In this document: in pieces, positions 48,726-60,948 of the stretch
Numbering within the stretch: position 1 is the stretch's first letter
How the letters are laid out: the number at the start of each line of letters is the position of its first letter
Assembly: GCA_016906335.1 (NCBI GenBank)
Contig: JADEYG010000007.1
Location: 1,054,001 to 1,118,000 of the forward strand
Direction of reading: 5' to 3'
Origin: Novakomyces olei
Lineage: Eukaryota
Length of the DNA: 64,000 nt
Program-made: the position numbers and the translations under genes
Notes under the pieces: model-generated
What the model saw: only the letters and a program-made list of their open reading frames with translations
What the model was told of the DNA's origin: nothing
The model's database searches: none

Positions 48726-49305
48726 CATAAGTATAACATCAATGCCTATTCAGTCTTTCACTCGTCTATGACCTCTTTACGCAATCAATCCAGTACAATC
48801 TTCCGCGCGACCAATACTCAACTAATTCACATTCATCTATATAGCGAGCCGCAAACAATCGGCTCGCTTCCTGCGACTCATCAACATGTTAAACCCTAAG
48901 GCCTAACAACCAGAAAGAAAGTATCATCAATAAACAACTTGAACGGCAACTACAAACACAGAAACAAAAGCGGAAAAACAAGAGAAAGCGGTGTACAGTA
49001 TATCAGACACAATGCTGAATGTATAAATGTATTACAGCATTGACCGTAGCTTATATTCGCTGTAGTCGCAAGGGCTTCACGGCAATCATGAAATAATTAA
49101 AATCGTCCACAGCTTTTACGCCTTCATTAACCATCATAAACAGACATAATCCTGCAGCGGGACTGCAAAGGAACCAATGTATTGTAACAATATATTGTAA
49201 ATATTGTAAATATATTGTAAAATATATCTTAAATATGTTTTAAATATATTAAACATATTTTCAATCGTGCGATATTTTACGAAAAAAACCGAGTGCAAGG
49301 CAGCG

Positions 49306-52300
49306 CTAAGCAGAGTAGTACCGCAGCAAAACAGGCGGCTCGCCCTCTCTCTGCCGGCCATCGTCCTGAGCAGAACTAGTTTGCTCAGGGCGAGCCGTCT
49401 CGGACTCGTCCGGGGCGGTAAACATCTTTGTACATTCACGGATTGCCTGCATTAGAGCGTCGGGCCGAACGGGTTTCGTAACGTACCCGTTCATGGAAGC
49501 CTGGAAGCATTTCTCCTTCCATCCCTTCATGGCGTGGGCAGTGAGCCCAATGATAGGAATCGGAGGCCGATTAATGCTTTCCTCCCAACGCCTAATAGCG
49601 GCAGTAGCCTCTATCCCGCCCATTACAGGCATCTGCACGTCCATCAGGATCAGATCAAAGTGCTTCAGCTTCACTAGATCCAAAGCCTCGAGCCCGTTCT
49701 CTACACACTCTACTCGGTGGTTGAACTTTTCCAGTATTTTAACAGCCAGCTTTTGGTTTATCGTATTGTCCTCTGCCAGCAGGACGTCGTAAGACACTTC
49801 CCGGTCCGAGACAGGCGGAGCCGCCCGGCTTTCCAGTGCCGGGAGAAGGGCATTGCCGAGGGCAATCATGTCTGTAGGCGTATTGCCGTAGGAGGTGACG
49901 CCAAGCTCCAGGCACGATCTCAGGCTCAAGTGAGGAATAGAAGGAGCCAGCAAAACGATAGGAATATAGCGCAGATGGTTGACTGCCCTCAGCTGCATTG
50001 CCGTTGTGAGAGAGTCGACGATAATAGTGGCGATTGAGGAGGTCTCCTCACCTTCCTTAATCTGCTCTGCCTCAGAGATTGAGTGTACTACGAGCGGCAC
50101 TAGGCCGAGCTCACGGACGACACTGGCAGCGCCGGTGCTGTCCACGAGCGTGTCAATGTACAGTACTGAATGGCCCTTGAAAGGAGCAAACTTTTTCAGT
50201 ATAATCTCGGGCGAAGTGCCTCCGAGCTTTGTCACTATTGTGAAATGGAACTCGCTGCCTCGTCCGGGAATACTGCGGACCCACACGTCTCCACGCATAA
50301 GGTTAATCAGCCTCTTTGAAATGGAAAGGCCGAGACCTGTGCCCCCATACTTTCGTGTCGTAGAGCCGTCTGCCTGGCAAAACGTATCAAAGATAACGTC
50401 CAGCTTGTCCTGCGGGATCCCGATCCCAGAGTCAGAGACGCAAATCTCGAGCGCAATCTCGTCCTCGCCTATAATGTTTTCCCTGCTAATACTGTGATTA
50501 ATACTGTGATTAATACTGTGATTAATACTGTGATTAATACTGTGACCTGTGCCGTGCAGGCTCATCATACTGCTGACCATGGGCTTTTCTGTGATTGCAA
50601 GAGCAGACGAAGGAGGCTGCGAGGTGGCAGCGTTCGATTCTGCCACAGAGAGAACGTGTTCCAGGCTGGCACGTTTAACAGAGACGGCAATTCTGCCCTC
50701 TGCTGTAAACTTTATAGCGTTGCCTACAAGGTTCGTAATGACCTGCCGCAGGCGTAAAGAGTCGCCTGTCAGCTGATCAGGCACGTTCCCATCCACGTCA
50801 AACTTGAGATCGAGGCTCTTTTGCGTAGCCTTTATCGCCAGAGTCTTGAGGACGCCAAAGATGGCAGAGCGGAGGGAGAAAGGGATATCCTCCACTGTCA
50901 TCCTGTTGGCCTCAATCTTGGAAATGTCCAATATATCGTCGATAATGCTGAGCAGCGAGTTGGCCAGGTTATGCACAATCATCAGGTTTTCCCGCTGTGT
51001 ACGGTTCAGCTCCGTTTCCAGCGTAAGTGCCGTCATTCCTATAATCCCGTTCATTGGTGTACGGATCTCGTGGGACATGTTTGCCAGGAACTCTGACTTT
51101 GCCCTGTTTGCCAGCTCTGCTGCCTCCCGAGCTGCCGTGTTCTTTTGGATAGAGTCGTGCAGGTTGTACACCATCTGGTTGATCTTGGTCTTGAGCCTGT
51201 CCATCTCGCCAGACGCCTCAACGGTAATAAAGCGGGTAAAGTCTCCGTCTGTGGCAGAGGCTGTAATCTGGGCAAAGGCCCTCACTTGGCTCGTAAGGTT
51301 CGCTGCCATAGTGTTCACGTTGAAGGTTATCTCCTTCCACAGCCCATGTACGTCATTTACCTGAGCTTGAACGCCCAATTTGCCGTCAATACCCACATCT
51401 CGAGCGACTTTGGTCACCTCAAAGGCAAAGACCTGCAGCCTGTCCACCATCGTGTTTATCGTAGACTTTAAGTCTAGAATCTCGCCCTGAGCATGAACCG
51501 TAATTTTACGTGACAGGTCGCCCATTGCCACTGCAGTAGTTACATTGGCAATCTCTCGTACTTGCTGCGTAAGGTTGTCGGCCATATTGTTCACGGCTAT
51601 CCGCAGATCCTTCCAGATGCCTTCCACGTTCTCCACGTGAGCCTGGCCGCCCAAACGGCCTTCTGTTCCCACTTCTCTTGCTACTCTGGTAACCTCGTAC
51701 GCAAAGGCACGCAGCTGATCCACCATGTTGTTGATCGTCTCCTTGAGCGCTTTTATCTCTCCTTTTGCATGAACCTCGATCTTTTGGCTCAAATTGCCTT
51801 TTGCCACTGCTGTTGTCACTGTGGCAATCTCTCGCACTTGAGACGTAAGTCGGGAGGCCATCAGGTTCACATTGTCTGTCAGCTCCCGCCACGTGCCCTG
51901 CACGTCCCGTGGATCAGCCTGTCCGCCTAAAATGCCTTCTGTTCCCACTTCACGAGCTACTCTTGTCACCTCGGTCGAAAACTCTTGCAAACGGCCCACC
52001 ATAGAGTTTATCGTAAGCTTCAAATCCAAAATCTCGCCCTGAGCATGAACCTCGATCTTGCGGGACAGGTCTCCATTAGCAACTGCCGTCGTCACCTCTG
52101 CTATCTGCCGTACCTGCGACGTCAAGTTGAGCGCCATTACATTCACATTGTCAGTTAAATCGCGCCATGTTCCCTCAACCCCCTGAATATTCGCCTGGCC
52201 GCCCAAGATGCCCTCTGTCCCGACTTCACGCGCTACTCTTGTCACCTCAAAGGAAAACTCCTGCAAAATATCCACCATGTAATTAATTGTCACTGCAAGG

Positions 52301-53789
52301 TCATTGATTTCGCCTTTGGCTTTGACATTTACTTTCTTGGAAAGGTCTCCTTTGGCCACCGCCGTGGTTACTTTGGCAATAGACCTTACTTGGTCCGTCA
52401 AATTTCGTGCCATCAAGTTCACATTGTCGGTAAGCTCTTTCCAGCAGCCACTGACCCCACCAATCTCGGCCTGGCCGCCAAGTCGGCCTTCCGTGCCCAC
52501 CTCTCGAGCCACACGTGTGACCTCGCCGGAGAAGAGTCGCAGACGGTCCACCATGTCGTTGATTGTCCTAGCATTAGTATGGCTGTAGACGTTTGATTAT
52601 AATTAAACAATGTATATTGCCATTGTCATAATTATTCGTAGCTATTTACTGTTGCAACTCACGATTTCAACTCCAATATCTCTACCCCATTGGCCTCAAT
52701 GGTAACTTTTTTCGATAAATCGCCATCCGCGACGGCTTTAGTGACTTCTCCAATACGACGCAGTGCCTCCAAGAAAGAGGCAGATGAGTGCCGTGATTTC
52801 TCAAGGTCCAATTCCAGCGCACGGACCCGAGCTCCGTTTTCTCTTGCGTACCTCACGTGCGCATCCTCCGACGACTGAAGCTGTTGGCGCAGCAATGCCA
52901 CTTGGCCGGCAAGTGCCTGCGTGTTAGCACCCATTAAGGTTTGAATAGGAAAACACTATATTTCATGATACACGTTCCAGTTTATTGGATCAATTCACTG
53001 AAAATGGCTTGAAAATATGCAGTTGAAAAGGCTGAAAATATGCAATTGAAAAGGCTGAAAAATATGCAGTTGAAAAGGCTGAAAATATGCAATTGAAAAG
53101 AACAAAAAATATGCAATTGAAAAGAACAAAAATATGCAATTGAAAAGAACAAAAATATGCAATTGAAAAGAACAAAAATATACAATTGAAAAAAAAAACA
53201 AAAACATGCAATTGAAAAGAACAAAAATATGCAATTGAAAAGAACAAAAATATACAATTGAAAAAAAAAACAAAAACATGCAATTGACAGAAACAAAGTT
53301 TTATCGTACAATATTGTCAGGTGTTGCGGCCACAGAGGGCAAAGAAATGACGGTATTCGAGTTTTCGACACTGTGCCGTTCACGAACGACCTTTTCGTCT
53401 GCAGAAAAACAAGCAGCAGAGGCAAGTTTGGCAGAAGAGGCCACAGGGGAAGGTGACCCGACTGCCCTTGTGCTCGGGTCCAACTCGAACGGCGAATCGT
53501 TGCTCCCGCTAACGTTATCGCTGCCGTTACTGCCACGAGTGGTGGCGGTGGCAGAGCGGGCCGTGCTGCCAGCCGAGCCTAGGATCGGTTTCTGCCTTGA
53601 TTCAAGGTACTGGAGCCGCTGGACGACGGCTCTGATTGCACTTTCGAGAGACTCGTGGACGTGGTCAAGTTCTTCAGGGTTCCCACTTGCAGCGAGAGGG
53701 AGGAGTGAGTGAGAGAGGTCAGGGTACACTCCATTGGCTGCGTGCTGAAGGATCGCTGTTGTCCGTGAAAGTGTGTCTGTTGCCGCCAT
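49306..53789 (-). CDS. NIK1: Group III hybrid histidine kinase (Nik1/Os-1) with poly-HAMP repeats, HisKA, HATPase and receiver domain; exons 53789-53310, 52916-52663, 52567-49306
   Basis: Six approx. 92-aa repeat starts (VT.AVA.GDLS.K / [15 protein letters not shown]); H box [19 protein letters not shown] box [11 protein letters not shown]1 and G2 boxes, receiver [10 protein letters not shown]. Confidence 0.96.
52995..53290. repeat. Approx. 22-24-nt minisatellite (aaatatgcaattgaaaagaaca) filling NIK1 intron 1
   Basis: About a dozen variant copies visible. Confidence 0.9.
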
Positions 53790-54373
53790 TCTTGTGAGCG
53801 ACTAGTACTTTTCGCGGCTCAAACCTTGCACGTAAGAATTGGGCACAGACAACACACGCTGAGCTAAAGTATGGCCTCCTCAGTTCAGGGCGATTACGGC
53901 GGCAACCGTATACAGTGCGGCGGCACGCCAATACTCTCTACCGGCCTTTGCTGCCGTTAATCTTAACCCAAATAATGTGATTGTGCCCGTCTCCTACCGC
54001 GACAACAGAGTCTTTTTAGCAGACGAAATAAAGTGCATAGTGTACTCGCACCGTCTGTATTGGGAAGGGTGGACGACAGGTCGATTTAATTATAGTTTAA
54101 TTATAGAAAGTGTGACGAGTAACGGTACTAATAACCACTTTTGAATAACTCTGTGCTCGCAAATGTTATGTAATGTTTGGCGTAATAGAGTGACGGAAAG
54201 TTAGTCGTGTGTTATTATTAGAAGGCGGGACTACATAGCGCCAAGCGGACGGTACACACTTAGTTTGAGACAGCGGAAAAGTCGCGTCGTTGGTACTGTA
54301 CAGTTTCGCCCTCGACAAGAAATATCATTCACTCTCAAGTAGAGAAGAGTCAGGAGTGATCAAGTAGAGTAGA

Positions 54374-54452
54374 ATCAATACAAATTAATCAATACAGATA
54401 GATTAATCAATACAGATTAATCAATACAGATTAATCAATACAGATTAATCAA
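54374..54452. repeat. 14-nt tandem repeat gattaatcaataca
   Basis: Directly visible. Confidence 0.85.
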
Positions 54453-55421
54453 GTCGAGTATTGACTTGTGATCTACATTGTTTGTGTAATTATCCGACTG
54501 ATGAGCATCTGTTATGCGATAGTGTGCCATGCACGCGTCGGAGAATGCTTGACGGTTGCACAATCCATGAAAATTTCAGTATATGCTCTCCATGATTTTG
54601 ATGGTGCGCTATATTTGTTGGATGAATAAATAAATACATACATACAAGCAAGCCCAAGGCAATGCTCGCTTTCCATTTGAGACTAGCTGGCCTGAAACTG
54701 CAAGCTGCAATTGTTTATTTATTTATTTATTCATCATTTATTCATTTGCAATTAATTGCTCGCATATTCCTGTCCTTTCAGTCGCAATGTATATTACTAT
54801 AATGTACTTGACTCTACGGCAAAAAGTATTACGCAGTCAAGATGGGCATTGGCCACTGCTTACAGACGACGTAAGAGTTTGGTAGACGGCTGTGTTTATT
54901 CAATGTAAGGACTGCTCTAAAGTGGGGTGAGAGGCTTTTACTCTATATTGCGGGGAAATGGCTGTAGCTTTTTGCTGTCAGTTTTGTCAGTTGACGTAGC
55001 GCGATAGAGTCGACCCGACATTATGTCGCAGCCGAATAAAATGTCAAGCCAGTAGACCTGTCATGCAAGTAGACCCAAAACCTAGATTTTAAGACGAGCA
55101 AAAAAATAGAAACCCCCAAACAACTCGCAGTGAATGGCAAGAAGGATCCTGCACTGGCAGCCTGCACTGGCAACCTGCACTGGCAGTTTTATATTGCCTT
55201 GACATCACGCATTTGCCCATCTTATTGTGAATCAGATTCATTTCCACTTGAACCTCCCTGCAGGCCTGGGTACACAACAGCATCGGCCAGACTTTTTCGT
55301 TTTGCATCACTCTATCATTCTACAGCACTAAAGTACCGCTACAAAGACACTGGGCACAAGAACGTTGAATTAATTAATGCTAAACTTGACTAGTCCGGGT
55401 GCGAAACGTTATTCTCGCAGT

Positions 55422-55872
55422 CTATTGCTTGTTCTTCAAGTTGGCCTCAAACTCGTCAGCCTCCTTCTTGGCAGCGGCCGCCTTCTTGCGCAAAGCAGCG
55501 AGTTTCTCGTTCTCGTGCTGTCTCACGTAATAATCCTCGTTGGCCTTTTCACGCTTGGAGAAGGCATCACTTTATATCATTAGCATCTCTGCATCTCAGG
55601 CGGCCAACCACAGGTTGGCCGATCTTACCCTCCCTCGCGGTGTACCGGGATAGGTCCGTCTATATCGCCATGTTAGATTTGTCATTGTGCGAGGTAAGGC
55701 TTGTCTCCCCATCGCTCAGTGTGGGGGGAAAAAGCCGGCTGGTCAACATACCATTTCCATCGCTTTTTGTGGCGTTGGAAGCCAAACGCAGACCGCGCGG
55801 GACGGCGGCGGCGGACGTGCGGGACGCACAAAGACCAGAGAAAATCGTGGCTTGTGAGTTACGGGCGATCAT
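55422..55872 (-). CDS. INH1: Mitochondrial F1Fo-ATPase inhibitor (Inh1/IF1); exons 55872-55752, 55659-55629, 55569-55422 (99 aa); not called correctly in the ORF track
   Basis: Two GT-AG introns with CTAAC/CTAAT branch points join to 300 nt: presequence MIARNSQATIFSGLCASRT..., then GGDAFSKREKANEDYYVRQHENEKLAALRKK. Confidence 0.9.
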
Positions 55873-56224
55873 CGTGCTTGCTCTTGTTCCGGAAAAGATT
55901 CCTCCAGAAATTACGAAAGTGCGGAAGTATTGGGCGAGTGAGGTTATTGCGAGTCCTCTATTGTACGCACAATATAATTGTGTAATGCACGAAAAACAGT
56001 GCACTACTTTTTGCTGTTAATTGTCCATAAAACGTGCGTACCGCCGCACAAAGTTTTACAATAAAAACCTATACAATAAAAACCATTAAAATAACTACAC
56101 TATTATAAGCTGCCTCTGCCATACCCGCGCGTTTATCGTACTGTATCCTGCCTGCCGGGTCCAAGGAGTGTATAATGTATATGATAATTACTCGGCAAAG
56201 ATGACGGTAAGCGTGCACATAAAG

Positions 56225-56385
56225 CCTACAAAGTGCCAAGGTCCTTTAAAGTCCTACAAGGTCCTACAAGGTTCTACAACTACAAGGTTCTACAACTACA
56301 AGGTTCTACAACTACAAGGTTCTACAACTACAAGGTCCTACAAGTCCTATGAAACCTATAAAGTCCTACAAGTCTTAGAAGTCTT
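56225..56385. repeat. Tandem repeat tacaaggttctacaac and variants
   Basis: Directly visible. Confidence 0.85.
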
Positions 56386-56763
56386 ATAACACCTGACTAA
56401 CCCAGTCGCCAAAGAAAGTGTCAAGCAGGTTTTAAACTCAATACCCTAAACTAAACAATCCTTGAGAATGACTCTGTACTCTCCTTTGCTATCAACTTTT
56501 AATGTTAACCCGTCTCGCTCGCCGTCTCATACTCCACAATGTACATCCTACATTGAACTTTTGACCACAGTAAAAAAAACATTACGCACCCATTATCCAA
56601 CCCAACCAACCCCACTGTATTTATTCCAATCCCTATCACTGTTCCCATACATTACTTGTGGAGTACGCCAAAATCCCGCTCTCCACTATTCACTCGTCCT
56701 CAATAGAGAGCCCAATCCGCGCGTCCTTGCGTGTAATTTCCCACTCTTGGCGTCAGTACTTTG

Positions 56764-59392
56764 ATGGCGTCGTCATACATCCCCGTCGACGGCCACCAGT
56801 TGCCGACGGGTCCGCTCGCACCCGGAGACCTTGCCAGCTCTGCGCATGACGCGTCCTCGTTCCAGCCTACGCGCTGGCACCGCGTTAACCGTGCTACTGC
56901 CTCTGTCTTGAACGCGTTCGGCCGCATCGGAGACAAACCCGAAGTCACAACGCGCTACATCACCGCCCACCATGCCGTCTCAATCTTGTGCGCTGCTGCA
57001 ATGGCTCTTTTCGGATATGATCAGGGAGTGTTTGGAGGTATTGCCCACGAGCCAATTGGTTGGCGTCACTTTATTCTACTGTCTTTTATCGTTGTCTTTT
57101 ATGGCCGTCTTTCAATATTTTTACCTTTTTATATTTTTCCCTTTTTTATCGTTGCCTTTTTATATCGTTGTCTTTTTATATCGTTGCCTTTATATATCGT
57201 TTCCTTTTTATATCTTTGCATTTTTATATCGTTGCCTTTTAAATTCGCGCCTTTTTATATCGCTGTCCATTCTGCCTACTGACATACAGGTGTGATTGTC
57301 GGCAACAAATTCAACGAAGTCTTCCACGACCCTTCTCCGTCTGTTGTCGGCTTTGTAACTAGCATCTTTGATATTGGGTGCTTTATCGGATCTATTCTTA
57401 CAATGTTTGTGGGCGATGCCCTCGGCCGCAAACGCTGTATGACCCTCGGCGCTCTTATCATGGGCAGTGGAGCTATTTTTCAAGTAATTGCTTGGGCAAT
57501 TACTGTAATGTCGTGGAGCAGGGCTATCACGGGCGTTGGCATCGGAATTATGACTTCCACCGCGCCTTTATAGTAAGTTTTCAACGTTTGGAGTTGAAGG
57601 ACAATGCTAAACAATGTACACAGCCACTCGGAGATGGTCAGGGCACATATGCGGGGCAAAGCGGTAGTGACTGAACTACTTATAAATATTGTTGGCTTTG
57701 TCATTTCCAATTGGACTACTTTGGCTTTCAGCCACTGGCGAACCAGTACGCTCCAGTGGCGTATCCCTCTGGCAATTCAGCTGGGTAAGGGTTTAAAAAT
57801 GTCTATAGTCATCTCTTTGTGTCTCTAATCATGCAGTTTTTATTATTGTGATGCTCTGTATTATGCGCTACTGTCCAGAGTCGCCACGCTGGCTTGTCAT
57901 GTGTGGGCGCGATGAAGAAGCCGCTCGTATTCTCGAGAGGCTCTTCCCTGGCGAGCCATCTCACATCAAAGAGCTAACTCAGAGTGTGCAAAATGATCGG
58001 GCGCTTGATACAGTTGGCTGGCTCGACCTGGTTAAATGGAAGACCGATCTTGCTGCTAGTCGCCGAATGCTCCTTGGTATTGGCCTGCAGGTAAGAAGCA
58101 TAAAAAAGGTTTATATTTTACTAACACGGAAAGGCAATGCAGCAATTATCAGGAGTAAATATTATCTCTTACTATCTTCCTTTGGTATTGCAAAAGTCAG
58201 TGGGCATGACAGAAGAGCTTTCACGCATTGTTGCCGCTCTTAATTCTATCCTCTACATGATTGCAGCTGCTCTTCCGCTGTTCTTTATTGAAAGATTTGG
58301 AAGGCGACCGCTTTTGCTCTCGGCCGCTCTGCTGCTCTGTTTGTGCTTTCTTGTCGTCACGGTAGCCCTCGGTTCAAGCTCGAGCAAGAGTGCTGGAATT
58401 GCTGCTACTGTAGCTTTTTGTGCTTACTTTTTCTTTTTCGGTGGCCTTGGACTGTTGGCTATCCCGTGGCTTTATCCAGCAGAGATCAACACTGCGGCCT
58501 TGCGAACCAAGGGCTCTGCTCTGGCGACTGCTTCAGACTGGATTTGCAATTATCTTGTTGTACAGGTGACACCATTGGGCATTCACCATTTGAAATGGCG
58601 ATTTTACATGATATTCATGTTTATCAATTTAATATTCGCCTTTTTGGTGTACTTCTTCTTCCCAGAGACGGGTATGGTTTCTCTTGTTGGATTTATGAAT
58701 TTTTATTAGTCTAGAAATAAGTCTATTTTTCTACCTCTTCCACTGTTTGGTTTCTTTGTCGATTTATTTATTGCTATTCGGCAAATGTTGAGTTTAAACT
58801 ATTCGATCTCTACAATCACGCCAGAGATCCCGGTTCATTTCAAACATTGGCTTTGTGAATTACCTCTTTTTCTCTCATTCGTTCTTCTTTTTCTTGAATT
58901 TAAAAAAGCTTCCTTTCACACTAACGCTAACTTGTTCCAGCTGGCCGAACTTTGGAGGAAATTAATGACATGTTTCGTAAAAATGATACCATATTTGTTC
59001 ATAAAATGGGTCAAATGCGCCGTGGAGCGAGTCAGCGTCCACGCGCGCCGGACGGCGGTGCGTCAGCTGGTCTGGCGCGACTGAAAGAGCGAGCATTACA
59101 TCAGCGTAAACGTGGTAATGATGATGAAGATTTGGAGGTTATGTTGGACAGAATGGATAGCGAGGGGCATGTGGAGGAGGATAAGCAGAATGGGCATAAC
59201 GAAGACTCGTACGCAGACCGTAGGTACTCTAGTGAATACCTTGGAAGCAACTCGAACAATGTTTATGGTGTGGGAGACGATACAGATGATGAGGATAAGG
59301 CCGATGAGGCCAATGGACGCGATAATTATCACTACAGTTATGATGATCGTCCTTCACTAGATGAACGGAGCTTGACGAATGAGAAGCGATAG
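56764..59392 (+). CDS. MFS sugar porter (Stl1-like), five introns
   Basis: LFGYDQGVFGG, GDALGRKR, QWRIPLAIQ, PESPRWL, QQLSGVNIISYY, IERFGRR, IPWLYPAEI, FFPET|AGRTLEEI. Confidence 0.9.
57075..57265. repeat. Degenerate tttatatcgttg(c/t)c repeat filling intron 1 of the sugar porter
   Basis: Directly visible. Confidence 0.75.
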
Positions 59393-60269
59393 GCTTGGAC
59401 ATGACGATCGTCTGGTTGTGATGGCAAATATAGGCTGTTGTTATAAATATGTATACATATTGACTATCTCTTTTTTTTTTTTTTTTTACCCTGATGATTA
59501 AATTGACTAGTGACTTTAAGCCTTTTCGATTTTCCATGAATGAATTATGAGGTCGTTGTAGCAGTAAAAATATTTTGGACTTTATGAGGCTTTGCACGGT
59601 GGTGGCAACGGATGTCTGTCTGATTTAGTGACAAGCATAGAGCAAGTCGTACTGTAAGTGAACCGTGTCGTAATCAGCATTGTAGCATTTTATCAGTCAC
59701 TCGTACACAGCTTAGCTGCCTTGAGACTTAATACACAGCAAAGGAAACTACCTACTCAAGTCTGAACTCGTCAGAAATTGACCTTTTTATTGTATTTCTG
59801 TATCTTTCAATCAGTAGATCTAATTGGTTATTTGATTATCTAATTAATCATTTCACTAATTAATTTAACTAATTAATTTAACTAATTAATTTAACTAATT
59901 AACTGATTATCTAATCAATTAATTCTTGAAGTCCGATGCATATAGATTACTTCAATTACTAATTATGTCAGACCATATAATGCCGAGTCGGGATTAATAT
60001 CTTTTTGTCAGCATCGCACACCTCGGGCTTGTCAAGCATTCGGCTCTTAAAGTAACGAACAATCGTTCGACTTGGCGTTGATCTTAAGAGATAAATTTGG
60101 GATCAATTTTTGATATCCGGATAAGTATCTAAAACAGATACATGCGCGTCCACGTTGGCAGATAGGTACGTCTACTCCACGAGGGCGTATAATTATATAT
60201 ACAATATAAAATATATACGCCGTGTCACGATTCATTGCCGAGCATGACGAAATGCTCGCAAATTAAAAT

Positions 60270-60714
60270 TTGAAAATTTTAATGTAAAATAAAATAAAAT
60301 ATTATAAAATATTATAAAATAAAATATTATAAAAAATACAATATAATATAATACAATATAATACAATATAATACAATATAATACAATATAATACAATAAT
60401 ATGATGTAATGCAAAGCAATGATACAGGTGGACGAACCGTTCAAAACCCGTTCGGCAAATAGAAAGCGTAAATGTTCCTCTTCTACACTGCTACCCTGTC
60501 ATCTCGATTTGCCGAAAATTTTCATTTCTGAAAATTTAAAACAAAATAGAATAAAATAATAAAAATAATAAATACAAAAATATAATGGAAGGGTGAAACA
60601 GGGACGAGCGCGTTCAAACCCGTTCGGCACACGGAAAGCGTAATGTTCCTCTTCCACACTGCTACGTAATCGACCCTTCCCTGCCATCTCGATTTGCCGA
60701 AAATTTTTCATTTC
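60270..60714. repeat. Diverged tandem duplication upstream of the ADH gene (conserved cores 60430-60528 and 60602-60714)
   Basis: Both copies share ggacga..cgttcaaa(a)cccgttcggca...gaaagcgtaa(a)tgttcctctt.acactgctac...ccctg.catctcgatttgccgaaaattttcatttc. Confidence 0.85.
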
Positions 60715-60948
60715 GCTGACTAATTTTCCCGGAATCTGTCATAATCTTTGCCGTTCATTCGTACACGCCTGCCGTCATCGCCGAACCCCTGAATGGCTGC
60801 GCAAATCTTGTCGGAATAAAGAGACGATAAGACCGAAACGCAATGACGTGAGCTGTCGCACATGTAAATAAAAACTGGCCAACCCCGGAAAGAATAGAGT
60901 GTATAAAGTGTAAGTGTAAAGAGAAGCATAGAGCCACAGCCTGTAATC

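Noticed and set aside
51280-52560. Approx. 276-nt periodic repeats as a mobile or duplicated element
   Set aside because: Explained by the HAMP repeats of NIK1
52982-53283. Phe/Cys-rich ORFs in the track (also 9277, 26898, 27856, 57060)
   Set aside because: Translations of AT-rich repeats in introns or spacers
57560-57580. Apparent premature stop (TAG) in the sugar porter
   Set aside because: It overlaps a GTAAGT donor; splicing restores APLYHSEM
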